24,000 nt of DNA, taken from an uncultured Desulfobulbus sp. (GTDB taxonomy: Bacteria; Desulfobacterota; Desulfobulbia; Desulfobulbales; Desulfobulbaceae). The stretch covers positions 58,459 through 82,458 of the forward strand of contig CAZSIJ010000011.1 in the NCBI GenBank assembly GCA_964607065.1, read 5' to 3'. The notes beneath the pieces are model-generated. The model was not told where the DNA came from. It was given only the letters and a program-made list of their open reading frames with translations, and made no database searches. The translations under genes and the position numbers were made by a program. Positions 15,999 to 24,000 of the stretch are shown piece after piece; the first letter of the stretch is position 1, and the number at the start of each line of letters is the position of its first letter.

Positions 15999-16234
15999 AG
16001 TGTTTCAACTATGGCATTATTTTTCGTGAGTATGCAAGAGGAAAATAGGTCTTGTCCGCTTCCAATCGTTGACGCGGTACCGAGGATGGAGGCCGATTTT
16101 TGGTATTGCTGGGGCAGTAGTTAAAAGCATACTGTTATTGTCACTTGTTCCGATGGGAGAGTGTGGTGGAGCCAATACGAACAAGCTAAGGGCATGTGTC
16201 CTCTGGTTTTTTCCTTTTTGCCGCTTGGGATGAG

Positions 16235-16243
16235 TGGTATAAG
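16235..16243 (+). promoter_or_regulatory. Candidate extended -10 promoter (TGgTATAAG) for lutABC-mobB
   Basis: The plus strand reads gagTGgTATAAGt, about 110 nt upstream of the lutA ATG. No convincing -35 is present. The 9-mer ACAATTTGC (16246-16254), identical to the core of the 19-nt motif copy 1, sits at the predicted transcription start. Confidence 0.3.
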
Positions 16244-16352
16244 TGACAATTTGCGAGTGTCGTCGATAGCCTTTGTATCGTTGTCTACGACAGGGCTTAC
16301 AAGCCGCCTGGCATTGCCCTTTTGTCCCTGTTCATTGTTTCCAGGATTGCCT

Positions 16353-17093
16353 ATGTTCAAGCCGACACCTGTAACTCTGTTTATTCCATGCCTGGTGGAT
16401 GCCTGTTTTCCCGAGGTGGGGGATGCCATGGTCAGGGTTTTTGATCGGCTCGGAATTTCCCTTGCCTATCCCGAGGGGCAGACCTGTTGCGGCCAACCAG
16501 CTTTCAACAGCGGTTATCGGCGCGAGGCGACTGTTGCGGCACAGCGATTTATCGAGTTGTTTGCCAGGGCGGAGGTCATTGTCTGCCCGTCTGGTTCCTG
16601 CGTTGCCATGGTTCGCCGTAACTATCCCGAACTCTTTCAAGATGATCTTGAGATGCTGGAACGTTCTGGTGATATAGCTAGAAAGACTTTTGAGTTTACC
16701 GAATATCTGGTCGATGTTCTGGGTGTAACTGATATCGGTGCTGTCTTTTCAGCAAGGGCTACTTACCATGACTCCTGCCACTTGATACGTACCTTAGGAA
16801 TCCGGGAACAACCTCGGCAACTGCTCCGCCATGTCCAGAATCTGCACTTGATTGAGATGGTCAGCTCCGATACCTGTTGCGGCTTCGGCGGCACCTTCAG
16901 TGTCAACTATCCCGATATCTCCCTGGCTCTGGTGGATGATAAAATTGACAATATCCTGAAAACCGGCGCCGACACTGTGGTGGGCTGCGACGTTAGCTGT
17001 CTGATGAATATTCGCGGCCGAATGACCCGAAGAAAGGAAACCCTTCAGGTGTTACATATTGCCCAGGTGCTGGCTTCTGCGGGGCAAGCATGA
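16353..17093 (+). CDS. lutA: LutA/YkgE-type Fe-S oxidoreductase (two CCG domains), lactate utilisation
   Basis: Start is the ATG at 16353 with an AGGA SD 6 nt upstream: MFKPTPVTLFIPCLVDACFPEVGDAM...GQTCCGQPAFNSGY...DTCCGFGGTFS..., 246 aa. The 64 upstream codons in the track ORF are not LutA-like. Confidence 0.88.
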   Translation: MFKPTPVTLFIPCLVDACFPEVGDAMVRVFDRLGISLAYPEGQTCCGQPAFNSGYRREATVAAQRFIELFARAEVIVCPSGSCVAMVRRNYPELFQDDLEMLERSGDIARKTFEFTEYLVDVLGVTDIGAVFSARATYHDSCHLIRTLGIREQPRQLLRHVQNLHLIEMVSSDTCCGFGGTFSVNYPDISLALVDDKIDNILKTGADTVVGCDVSCLMNIRGRMTRRKETLQVLHIAQVLASAGQA

Positions 17094-18571
17094 AGGCTTC
17101 TGGTCCGCTTTCGTATAACGAAGCTGCCCATGAAGGACTTGCCAACCCCTGTCTGCAGCGCAGTCTGCGCGGCCTGCAGGCGCATTACGGCAAAGGGGCG
17201 CTTGCTGCCTGGCGCTCTCTCCCTGACCAGAGCTTGCGGAGCCGGGTCAAGGCCAGGCGAATGCAGACCCTGGCCCATCTCGACCAGGCGCTCGAACAGC
17301 TGGCCGATGGTATCCGGGCTCGAGGCGGCCAGGTTTTTTTTGCGGCAACCGCTTCTGAAGCCAACGAGTATGTTCGTGATCTGGCCCGCAAACATAATGT
17401 GCGACGGGTGGTTAAGGGTAAATCAATGCTCTCCGCCGAGATCGGTATCGACGCTGCTCTCGCTGCCGACGGCGTCGAGGTGGTTGAAACCGATCTGGGG
17501 GAATATATCGTGCAGATGGCTGGTAGTACCGCCTCGCACATAATAGCCCCCTGCATTCACATGGACCGGCAGCAGATCGGCCGTCTTTTTGTAGAACATC
17601 TGCACATTCCTTATACAGATGATCCCCCCACGCTGACCCGGGCTGCTCGCAAGGCTCTCCGACAGCATCTGCTTACTGCCGACATGGGGCTGACTGGCTG
17701 TAATTTTGGCTGTGCCGAGACCGGCCAGGTCACCTTGGTCTCCAATGAAGGCAATATCCGCATGGCCACCACCATGCCGAGGCTGCATGTTGCCCTCATG
17801 GGAATGGAGCGGATCGTTGCCACCCTGGATGACCAGCGCGAGCTGCTGCAACTTCTCACTCAAGGGGCAGCGCTGCAGAAACTTTCCACCTATGTCAGTT
17901 TTGTTGGAGGACCGAGCCGGGAGGGTGATCCTGACGGTCCGGATGAGTTCCATCTGGTGATCGTTGACAACGGCCGTTCCCGCATTCTGGCTGATCCGGA
18001 ATTTCGCGAGGTGCTGGCCTGCATCCGCTGCGGCGCCTGTCTCAACATCTGCCCGGTCTACGGACGGATTGGCGGCCATGCCTATAGCTCCCCCTACAGC
18101 GGGCCCATCGGTGCTGTCGTCACCCCGCTGCTTGCGGGGATTAACCGGCATGCCGATCTCTGCAAAGGCGAGACGCTATGCGGGGCCTGCCGGGATGTCT
18201 GCCCGGTGGCAAACGACCTGCCCAGGATGCTTGCGGCTCTGCGGCATAAACTGGCCTACGGCGATCCAGGCTGGCAGGTGCGGCCGCATAACCGGTTTGA
18301 AGCCCTTTGTTTGAAGGCTTGGCAAAAGATTGTCGTCAGTAAAGTTTGTTACGAGATATTCCTTAAGTTATTTCGAGCATTGCAGCGACCTTTTATCGGA
18401 CCACAAGGGGTGATCGGCCGTCTTTACGGGTTTGGTGGTGGTTGGACCCAAGGCCGCGATCTGCCGCCGCTGGCTCCTTCTTTTTTCCGTGAACGATGGC
18501 GAAATCTTCATAGTAAAAACCGAGAGAATTGTGCAGGATTGTCCGCAGAGAAACAGCCTGATGAAGGATAA
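17090..18571 (+). CDS. lutB: LutB/YkgF-type iron-sulfur protein (LUD domain + 2x[4Fe-4S])
   Basis: 493-aa ORF with CIRCGACLNICPVY...CGACRDVCPV and a LUD-type N-terminal region. Its ATG overlaps the lutA stop (ATGA at 17090-17093). Confidence 0.9.
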   Translation: MKASGPLSYNEAAHEGLANPCLQRSLRGLQAHYGKGALAAWRSLPDQSLRSRVKARRMQTLAHLDQALEQLADGIRARGGQVFFAATASEANEYVRDLARKHNVRRVVKGKSMLSAEIGIDAALAADGVEVVETDLGEYIVQMAGSTASHIIAPCIHMDRQQIGRLFVEHLHIPYTDDPPTLTRAARKALRQHLLTADMGLTGCNFGCAETGQVTLVSNEGNIRMATTMPRLHVALMGMERIVATLDDQRELLQLLTQGAALQKLSTYVSFVGGPSREGDPDGPDEFHLVIVDNGRSRILADPEFREVLACIRCGACLNICPVYGRIGGHAYSSPYSGPIGAVVTPLLAGINRHADLCKGETLCGACRDVCPVANDLPRMLAALRHKLAYGDPGWQVRPHNRFEALCLKAWQKIVVSKVCYEIFLKLFRALQRPFIGPQGVIGRLYGFGGGWTQGRDLPPLAPSFFRERWRNLHSKNRENCAGLSAEKQPDEG

Positions 18572-19355
18572 TCAAACGCTCTTCCTCAATCGCATCCGTG
18601 CTGCCCTTGGTGATGGCAACGACCAAGAGGATGCCTGGCAAAACCTTCTCGCTTCCACTGACGACAAGGCTCTCCAGACCATCGTCAACAGGGGCAGGGA
18701 AGAACAGCTGCTCTTGTTGCGGCAATTGATGGACAATGCGAGGCCACTGCATCTAACGGTGCATGTCTGCACCTCTGGTGACGAGACTGCCAACTGCATC
18801 GCCGCCATCGCCCGGAACAGCAAACCCGAGTTTGGTTCGACAAAGGAGATCGTCATGCACGATCTTCCCCTATTGCAGGCTTTGCCCCTTGAACCCCTTC
18901 TGGCCAAAGATTCCATCGTCATCCATAAAACCAGCAGCAATGATCCGGAAGTACGGCGACACACCATCAACGCCTACATCGGCGTCACCTCGGCTGCATG
19001 GGCGATCGCCGAATCGGCCACTATCGTCCAATTGACCCGACCGGGACAGCCGCGCTCTACTTCGCTGGTGCCCTCTATCCATATTGCGGTTCTGGAGCTT
19101 GCCAATCTGGTGGCAACCCTTACTGAGGCCTATGCTCTGATCTCGCAGGAACCGGACCTGGAGTCCCTTGTACTCATCTCCGGGCCTTCAAAAACCGCTG
19201 ATATCGAGGGCTCAATGGTGCATGGCGCTCACGGGCCGAGAGCGATGCATCTGATTGTCCTCACTGGAGAATCTGTTGAGGGCAAGAGAGCTTGCGTCTC
19301 TGCTGATGCAAAAATCTCAGGCCGATCAATTGCAACTTCAAAACCATCGATTTAA
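18561..19355 (+). CDS. lutC: LutC/YkgG-type LUD-domain protein
   Basis: Start is the ATG at 18561, which overlaps the lutB end by 11 nt: MKDNQTLFLNRIRAALG..., 264 aa. It holds the third position of a lutABC-like operon. The assignment rests mainly on context and general LUD-like sequence character. Confidence 0.78.
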   Translation: MKDNQTLFLNRIRAALGDGNDQEDAWQNLLASTDDKALQTIVNRGREEQLLLLRQLMDNARPLHLTVHVCTSGDETANCIAAIARNSKPEFGSTKEIVMHDLPLLQALPLEPLLAKDSIVIHKTSSNDPEVRRHTINAYIGVTSAAWAIAESATIVQLTRPGQPRSTSLVPSIHIAVLELANLVATLTEAYALISQEPDLESLVLISGPSKTADIEGSMVHGAHGPRAMHLIVLTGESVEGKRACVSADAKISGRSIATSKPSI

Positions 19356-19365
19356 GGAGTCTTTC

Positions 19366-20040
19366 ATGCCCCCGGTAATCAGTTTCATAGGTTGGCATAA
19401 TTCTGGAAAAACCACTTTGGCGAGCCAGGTGGTGGCGCAACTCAAAGACCGTGGCTATTCGGTGGCAGTGATCAAGTCGACCAAGGACATCGGGATAGAG
19501 ACTGATCAACCGCACACCGACACCGCCATTTATCGCCAGATCGGCGCTGACAGTGTAGCCCTGCTGGCCCCTGATCAGCTGATTATCCGTGGCAAGCCGC
19601 CTGAAATCAGTCTGCTCGGCTTGGCCCACCGTTATTTTTTTGATATGGATATTGTTATCGCCGAGGGCTTCAAGCATGCCGCCCATGTGCCGAAAATTGA
19701 GGTCAGGCGGGGTATGGATGGCCCTCTGTTGAGCGATGAGGTAGACGGGGTGGTGGCCATCGCCAGTGATTGGCCGCATGCCGACACCACTTGCTTTCGT
19801 CTTGATCAGATCCGGGAGATTGCCGATTTTATCGAAGCTCGATTGCTGAGTAATCGGCAATCCCCCGTAGTCGAAATTGCGTTGACCGTCAATGGTGCCT
19901 GCATGTCTCTGCCCGAATCGATCCGCAGTCAGCTGGCGGCAATAGTGGGTGGTCTGCTTGCCCCCTTACACTCGTCTCTCCCTCCGGGAACCTTGGAGCT
20001 CAATCTTCGCTGCCAACTGCCGCCGGCTGATGCACCCTGA
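19366..20040 (+). CDS. mobB: MobB-like P-loop protein (molybdopterin-guanine dinucleotide biosynthesis adaptor family) with ~60-aa C-terminal extension
   Basis: Start is the ATG at 19366 with an AAGGAG SD: MPPVISFIGWHNSGKTTLASQVV...VAVIKSTKD...IAEGFKH.... The Walker A motif and EGFKH motif are as in E. coli MobB. The tail after ~residue 160 (…EIALTVNGACMSLPESIRSQL…) is not part of the MobB core. Confidence 0.82.
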   Translation: MPPVISFIGWHNSGKTTLASQVVAQLKDRGYSVAVIKSTKDIGIETDQPHTDTAIYRQIGADSVALLAPDQLIIRGKPPEISLLGLAHRYFFDMDIVIAEGFKHAAHVPKIEVRRGMDGPLLSDEVDGVVAIASDWPHADTTCFRLDQIREIADFIEARLLSNRQSPVVEIALTVNGACMSLPESIRSQLAAIVGGLLAPLHSSLPPGTLELNLRCQLPPADAP

Positions 20041-20447
20041 CGCTTTCGTTCGATATCTCAAGCAAAAACCTTCGCTCCACCTTGCTTCCACTTTTGACAG
20101 GCACTGAACGCATTTTTGGTTATCGCATGGGCGTGGTGGACCGCACAATATGACCTTCGGAAAACTGACCCATTCAATTATGAAAGCCTTCGAAAACTGC
20201 CAAAGGTTTCCTTGGTAATATCGGACGTGATTCGGCAACGACCTGTCCCGATTGTTGCCGATCCTGACCATAAGCCTGAAACAGAAGTTGGATAAGTGTT
20301 TCTCAATATGCTGTTATTCCAGCAAAAATTATTGAATTGATATTCTTTCTATCCATTTTATCTGCATTCTTACTGTATTGTTTTCCTCCGCAAACCTGGA
20401 CATAAAGCACAACCCTTCTCAAGGATAATCCTGTTGATCCGTATGCC

Positions 20448-21104
20448 TTGTGGTACAACGGGTTAAGCAGGATCGCCCAGAAACGCTACCTGGAGGCCAT
20501 CTCCAGCTTAAAAAAAATAATCCAGGCTGAGCCGAATCTGGTGGCTGCCTATATGGAACTTGGTCAAGCCTATACCCTGATTAACGACCAAGCCAACGCA
20601 ATATATTCCTTTAAAAAGGCAACTGAGCTTGCTCCCGACCATGCCTCGGCCGCAATTGCCTTGGGTAATGTGTATTATCAGATCGGTAAGGAAGCGGAAG
20701 CTATTCGATGGTATCGTAAATCCATTGAAATAAATCCCGAATTGCTGCAGGGGTACCAGCCCTTGGCTATCCTGTTGGCCGAGAAGCCCGAGCATGGTTC
20801 CGAAGCCTTGCAATTTGCTCAAAAAGCGGTCGGACTGGCACCTAAAAATCCAGAATCGCTCGACGCATTGGGCTGGGTATATATCCAGCAAGGGCAATTC
20901 AAGGCAGGCATTGAGCACGTTCAGAAGGCCCAGCAGCTACTGCCTCGTGATCCCCTGGTTATGTATCATCTGGGAGTCGGCTACTATCGAGACCAGCAAC
21001 CGGAAGAAGCTAGAAAATGGCTGCAAGCAGCGGTTGCCCTTTCTAAAAACTTCAACGGACGGACGCAGGCAGAAGAACTACTGGGAAATATCGTCATAAA
21101 ATAA
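20448..21104 (+). CDS. Tetratricopeptide-repeat (TPR) protein
   Basis: 218-aa ORF with repeated TPR-like A/Y/G/P spacing (AAYMELGQAY..., AAIALGNVYYQIGKEAEAIRWYRKSIEINP, LDALGWVYIQQGQFKAGIEHVQKAQQLLP, VMYHLGVGYYRDQQPEEARKWLQAAV). It has only a TTG start, no SD, and an in-frame TAA 42 nt upstream (see findings). Confidence 0.7.
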   Translation: MWYNGLSRIAQKRYLEAISSLKKIIQAEPNLVAAYMELGQAYTLINDQANAIYSFKKATELAPDHASAAIALGNVYYQIGKEAEAIRWYRKSIEINPELLQGYQPLAILLAEKPEHGSEALQFAQKAVGLAPKNPESLDALGWVYIQQGQFKAGIEHVQKAQQLLPRDPLVMYHLGVGYYRDQQPEEARKWLQAAVALSKNFNGRTQAEELLGNIVIK

Positions 21105-21126
21105 ATTGAAAAGCCACCAGACCGTG

Positions 21127-21154
21127 CCTCTTGATAGGCCGCTGATTCAAGAGG
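21127..21154 (+). terminator. Hairpin downstream of the TPR gene (possible terminator, no U-tract)
   Basis: CCTCTTGA (21127-21134) and TCAAGAGG (21147-21154) form a perfect 8-bp inverted repeat with a 12-nt loop, 23 nt after the TPR stop. No T-run follows. Confidence 0.3.
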
Positions 21155-21203
21155 ACTGCTTCATCAAAGGTCCCGCGCAGAAGCCACATTCCATCATAGC
21201 CAG

Positions 21204-21256
21204 CCTATCGGGCCGCTCCGGTCAAATCGATCGGGCGGCCCGATAGGTTGCCGCCC
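21204..21256 (+). promoter_or_regulatory. Two mutually exclusive GC-rich hairpins in the TPR-corA intergenic region
   Basis: Hairpin A pairs CTATCGGGCCGC (21204-21215) with GCGGCCCGATAG (21234-21245), 12 bp. Hairpin B pairs CGGGCGGC (21231-21238) with GCCGCCCG (21249-21256), 8 bp. They share bases 21234-21238, so they cannot both form. Confidence 0.3.
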
Positions 21257-21449
21257 GTTCCGGTTACTCCAGCAGGCCTGGAAATTCCGTAATCCCGCCA
21301 CTACTTGACTCTGAAAATATCAAAGATAAAGATGCGACTTTTGGTCAGAGAGTACCAGTGTTGCCAGAGTTTTTCATATCTGCTAAATCAATGTGAAATG
21401 AAAATTAAAACGCTACGCCCCGTCTTGCCTACCATATCCAATAACCAAC

Positions 21450-22553
21450 ATGACACGCAATTGGCCGGAACAGCGGTCTGGGGAAATCACCATGGCTGAA
21501 TCACTGAATTATCCTTCCGAAAAGGCCGGATTGCCCCCCGGTACCCTTGTCCATGTCGGTAGAGAGCCAGCGACAGAGGGTTGCATCACCCTCATCAACT
21601 ACAGTGCTGATCATTTCGAAGAACGAACGGTGCAGTCCATCGATGAGGTCCTGCGCAGTCGGGATAGTGGCGGTACCACCTGGGTGCATTTTGAAGGACT
21701 GGCCATCATCGAGATGATGGAAGCCATCGGTAAACACTTTGGGGTCCATCCTCTGGTGCTCGAAGATATTCTCAACACCCACCAGCGGCCAAAGTTCGAA
21801 GAGTTTGACGAGTATCTTTTTATTGTGCTTAAAACTCTGACCTGCGACCAGAGCCTGAAGGTCCATCACGAACAGATCAGTATCCTCATGTTCGGCAATA
21901 TGCTGTTCACTTTCCGGGAAAAGCAAGACCTCCTCTTTAATGCGCTTAAACTGCGGGTTGCCAGTCCCAAAAGTCGCATCCGTACCCTGGGCACGGATTA
22001 TCTCACCTATGCCATCATGGATACGGTGGTGGATCAGTATTTCAGTCTCACCGATACCCTGGAAGAGGCGATCGAAGTAATTGAGATTAAACTGCTGGAT
22101 AGTCCCAAAACTCCGACTTTTGCGAGGATTCAGCTGCTCAAGCGTGAGCTGGTTTTCATCCGTAAGGCAGTCACCCCACTGCGAGAGGTCTTGTTAGCAA
22201 TGCAGCGCAGTGAAACCGGGTTGATTCAGGAAAAGACGGTGCCGTATTTCCGCGACGTCTTTGACCACACCCTCAGGGTAATTGACACCATGGATTCATA
22301 TCGTGATCTGATCAATGGCATGCTCGACATTTACCTGTCGAGCGTCAATAATCGGATGAATGAAATAATGAAGGTGCTGACCGTGTTCGCAACCATCTTC
22401 ATTCCTCTGACCTTTATCGTCGGTATTTACGGGATGAATTTCGAACATATGCCTGAGTTGCACTGGAAATGGTCGTACCCGATCCTCTGGGGCTTTTTTT
22501 TCCTGATACCGGCGGCTATCCTCACTTGGTTTTGGAAGAAGAAGTGGCTGTGA
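21450..22553 (+). CDS. corA: CorA-family Mg2+/Co2+ transporter
   Basis: 367-aa ORF ending with two TM helices and the signature YGMNF (…IVGIYGMNFEHMPEL…). An alternative start at ATG 21492 (MAESLNY…) has a weak GGGGA SD. Confidence 0.9.
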   Translation: MTRNWPEQRSGEITMAESLNYPSEKAGLPPGTLVHVGREPATEGCITLINYSADHFEERTVQSIDEVLRSRDSGGTTWVHFEGLAIIEMMEAIGKHFGVHPLVLEDILNTHQRPKFEEFDEYLFIVLKTLTCDQSLKVHHEQISILMFGNMLFTFREKQDLLFNALKLRVASPKSRIRTLGTDYLTYAIMDTVVDQYFSLTDTLEEAIEVIEIKLLDSPKTPTFARIQLLKRELVFIRKAVTPLREVLLAMQRSETGLIQEKTVPYFRDVFDHTLRVIDTMDSYRDLINGMLDIYLSSVNNRMNEIMKVLTVFATIFIPLTFIVGIYGMNFEHMPELHWKWSYPILWGFFFLIPAAILTWFWKKKWL

Positions 22554-22641
22554 TAAGGTGGGCCAGCACAGCTGAAACTATTCTGTGGGAATAGGCTCAA
22601 TGTGTTGTTGACGAGAGGTTTCCCGAGGTCCTGAATAAGCA

Positions 22642-24000
22642 TTAGGTGTCCAAAACTTTCCGTATTTTGGCAGCCAAATCCTTTTTTGACAGCGGTTTCT
22701 GGATGAAATGGACGCCTTCGTCCAAAACGCCCTGATGGGTGATGACTTCGGCTGTGTAGCCGGACATGAAAAGGTATTTCATGCTCGGATAAAGGGTGGA
22801 GAGACGATGTGCCAGGTCGCGGCCGTTCATCCCCGGCATAATTACATCGGTCAGGAGTAGTTGGATTTCGCCCTGGTGATTCTCGACCATGCGCAACGCC
22901 TCACCAGGACCGGCCGCACTGAGAACGGTGTAACCCAGGCTTTCCAATAAACGTTTCGCTACGACCAGGAGGGCGGATTCATCTTCCACCAGCAATATGG
23001 TTTCACCGCGACTCAATAGAGATTCAGCCACTCTTGAATCCTTTGTTTCGACAATGCCAGTTGTTTCACGGGGAATGTATATTCTGAAAGTCGTTCCATT
23101 GCCTGGTTCGCTATAGACGTTGATGAACCCTCGGTTCTGTTTCACGATTCCGTAAACGGTGGCCAAGCCAAGACCGGTGCCTTTGCCGATTTCCTTAGTG
23201 GTGAAAAAAGGCTCGAAAATCTGTTCAAGGGTATCTTTATCCATGCCGCAGCCGCTGTCGCTGACCGCTAGCATTACAAACGCACCAGAGGTGAATCCGA
23301 CATTCCTGGCACAATAAGCATCATCAAAAACGACGTTTGCCGTCTCGATGGTTATCTTGCCCACCCCTCCGATGGCATCTCGGCCATTGACGCACAAATT
23401 AGCGAGGATCTGATCTAACTGAGAGGGATCGAACTTAACCGGCCACACTTCAAAGGCCGGCATCCAGGCCAGAGAAATATCCTCACCTATGAGACGCCGC
23501 AGCATTTTGAGCATGCCATCAACGGTCACGTTCAGGTCCAATACCACTGGGGCTATCGCTTGTTTACGGGCAAAGGCCAGCAGTTGCCGAGTGATGTCTG
23601 TTGAGCGTCTGGCAGCATCGAAAACTTGCTGGAGGTCTTCATGCAACGGGTCAGACGGAGCCACTCTTTCCAAAGCCATTTCCGTATACCCCAGGATTAC
23701 ACTGAGCATGTTGTTGTAATCATGGGCAACGCCTCCGGCCAGGCGTCCTATGGATTCCATCTTTTGGGCCTGCTGGAACTGTGCCGTCAACGCCAACTCT
23801 GCGGTGATGTCCCGCTTAACGCCTACGTAGTTGATGATCTTCTCGGCGGCATCGAACACCGGAGAAATCGAGGCGTCCTCTGTGTATAATCTGCCGTCCT
23901 TGCGCTTGTTGACCAAACGTCCATGCCAGACTTGGCCGCTTATTATTGTTTCCCACAGATTTTGGTAAAAGGCTTGGTCCTGTTGGCCGCTCTTGAGGAG
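22642..24000 (-). CDS. Hybrid sensor histidine kinase (PAS - HisKA - HATPase_c - receiver); 5' end beyond window
   Basis: The frame stays open upstream of the track's TTG to position 24000 (…[40 protein letters not shown]…, PAS-like). It has an H-box ([11 protein letters not shown]) and an ATPase G-boxes region (DSGCGM…[13 protein letters not shown]). The C-terminal receiver reads ILLVEDE…[13 protein letters not shown]…MSGY…KP. Confidence 0.88.
   Translation of the reverse strand, partial: LLKSGQQDQAFYQNLWETIISGQVWHGRLVNKRKDGRLYTEDASISPVFDAAEKIINYVGVKRDITAELALTAQFQQAQKMESIGRLAGGVAHDYNNMLSVILGYTEMALERVAPSDPLHEDLQQVFDAARRSTDITRQLLAFARKQAIAPVVLDLNVTVDGMLKMLRRLIGEDISLAWMPAFEVWPVKFDPSQLDQILANLCVNGRDAIGGVGKITIETANVVFDDAYCARNVGFTSGAFVMLAVSDSGCGMDKDTLEQIFEPFFTTKEIGKGTGLGLATVYGIVKQNRGFINVYSEPGNGTTFRIYIPRETTGIVETKDSRVAESLLSRGETILLVEDESALLVVAKRLLESLGYTVLSAAGPGEALRMVENHQGEIQLLLTDVIMPGMNGRDLAHRLSTLYPSMKYLFMSGYTAEVITHQGVLDEGVHFIQKPLSKKDLAAKIRKVLDT

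Noticed and set aside
20060-20096. Possible terminator after mobB (AAGCAA...TTGCTT stem followed by CCACTTTT)
   Set aside because: The stem is only 6 bp and AT-rich, the loop is 16 nt, and the T-run is short. It is too weak to call.
19966-20271. 101-aa minus-strand ORF overlapping the 3' end of mobB and the following spacer
   Set aside because: It overlaps a supported gene by 75 nt, has no SD, and I recognise no domain. It is probably spurious.
21105-21449. M-box (Mg2+) riboswitch upstream of corA
   Set aside because: The idea was prompted by the competing hairpins. I cannot recognise the conserved M-box core by eye, and the structures lie far from the start codon. I left it as a hypothesis to test and did not annotate it.
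1-24000. Search for CRISPR arrays, IS elements/transposases, integrases, prophage genes, tRNA or rRNA
   Set aside because: I found no spaced direct-repeat arrays, no terminal inverted repeats flanking ORFs, no recombinase-like translations, and no tRNA-like T-loop/acceptor structures on either strand.

Overview
The window is almost entirely coding. It looks like a chromosomal energy-metabolism region of an anaerobic bacterium, possibly Desulfobacterota-type; that guess rests on gene content only, since no rRNA or tRNA is present to confirm it.

Minus strand, read from high to low coordinates:
- 15998->7984 is a tightly coupled cluster. It encodes a hydrogenase maturation endopeptidase, an HdrD-like (ferredoxin + CCG) protein with an N-terminal excisionase/MerR-type HTH, a 1032-aa double-flavin HdrA-like protein, MvhD, MvhG, and an MvhA-type [NiFe] large subunit.
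- The ORF-track call for that large subunit stops at an in-frame TGA. The TGA sits exactly where the first Cys of the C-terminal DPCxxCxxH nickel motif belongs. Read-through gives DP-U-ISCATH plus 25 more codons, with a true TAA at 7984-7986 and a SECIS-like hairpin 16 nt after the UGA. I read this as a selenocysteine [NiFeSe] enzyme.
- Downstream follow a small Cys4 protein, hypF-hypC-hypD, and a 680-bp non-coding region.
- Last is a Tat-exported group-1 hydrogenase (small subunit, HybA-type ferredoxin, large subunit). The large subunit is cut by the window start.

Plus strand: lutABC (ykgEFG/LUD type), a MobB-like P-loop protein, a TPR protein and corA. A convergent PAS/histidine-kinase/receiver hybrid gene runs off the right edge.

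I saw no CRISPR array, transposase, integrase, rRNA or tRNA.

The most interesting items are:
- the Sec recoding event;
- the HTH-HdrD fusion;
- the rearranged double HdrA;
- a 19-nt motif (17/19 identical) at similar distances upstream of two hydrogenase-related transcription units.

All calls come from reading and translating the sequence by eye. No database search was run.
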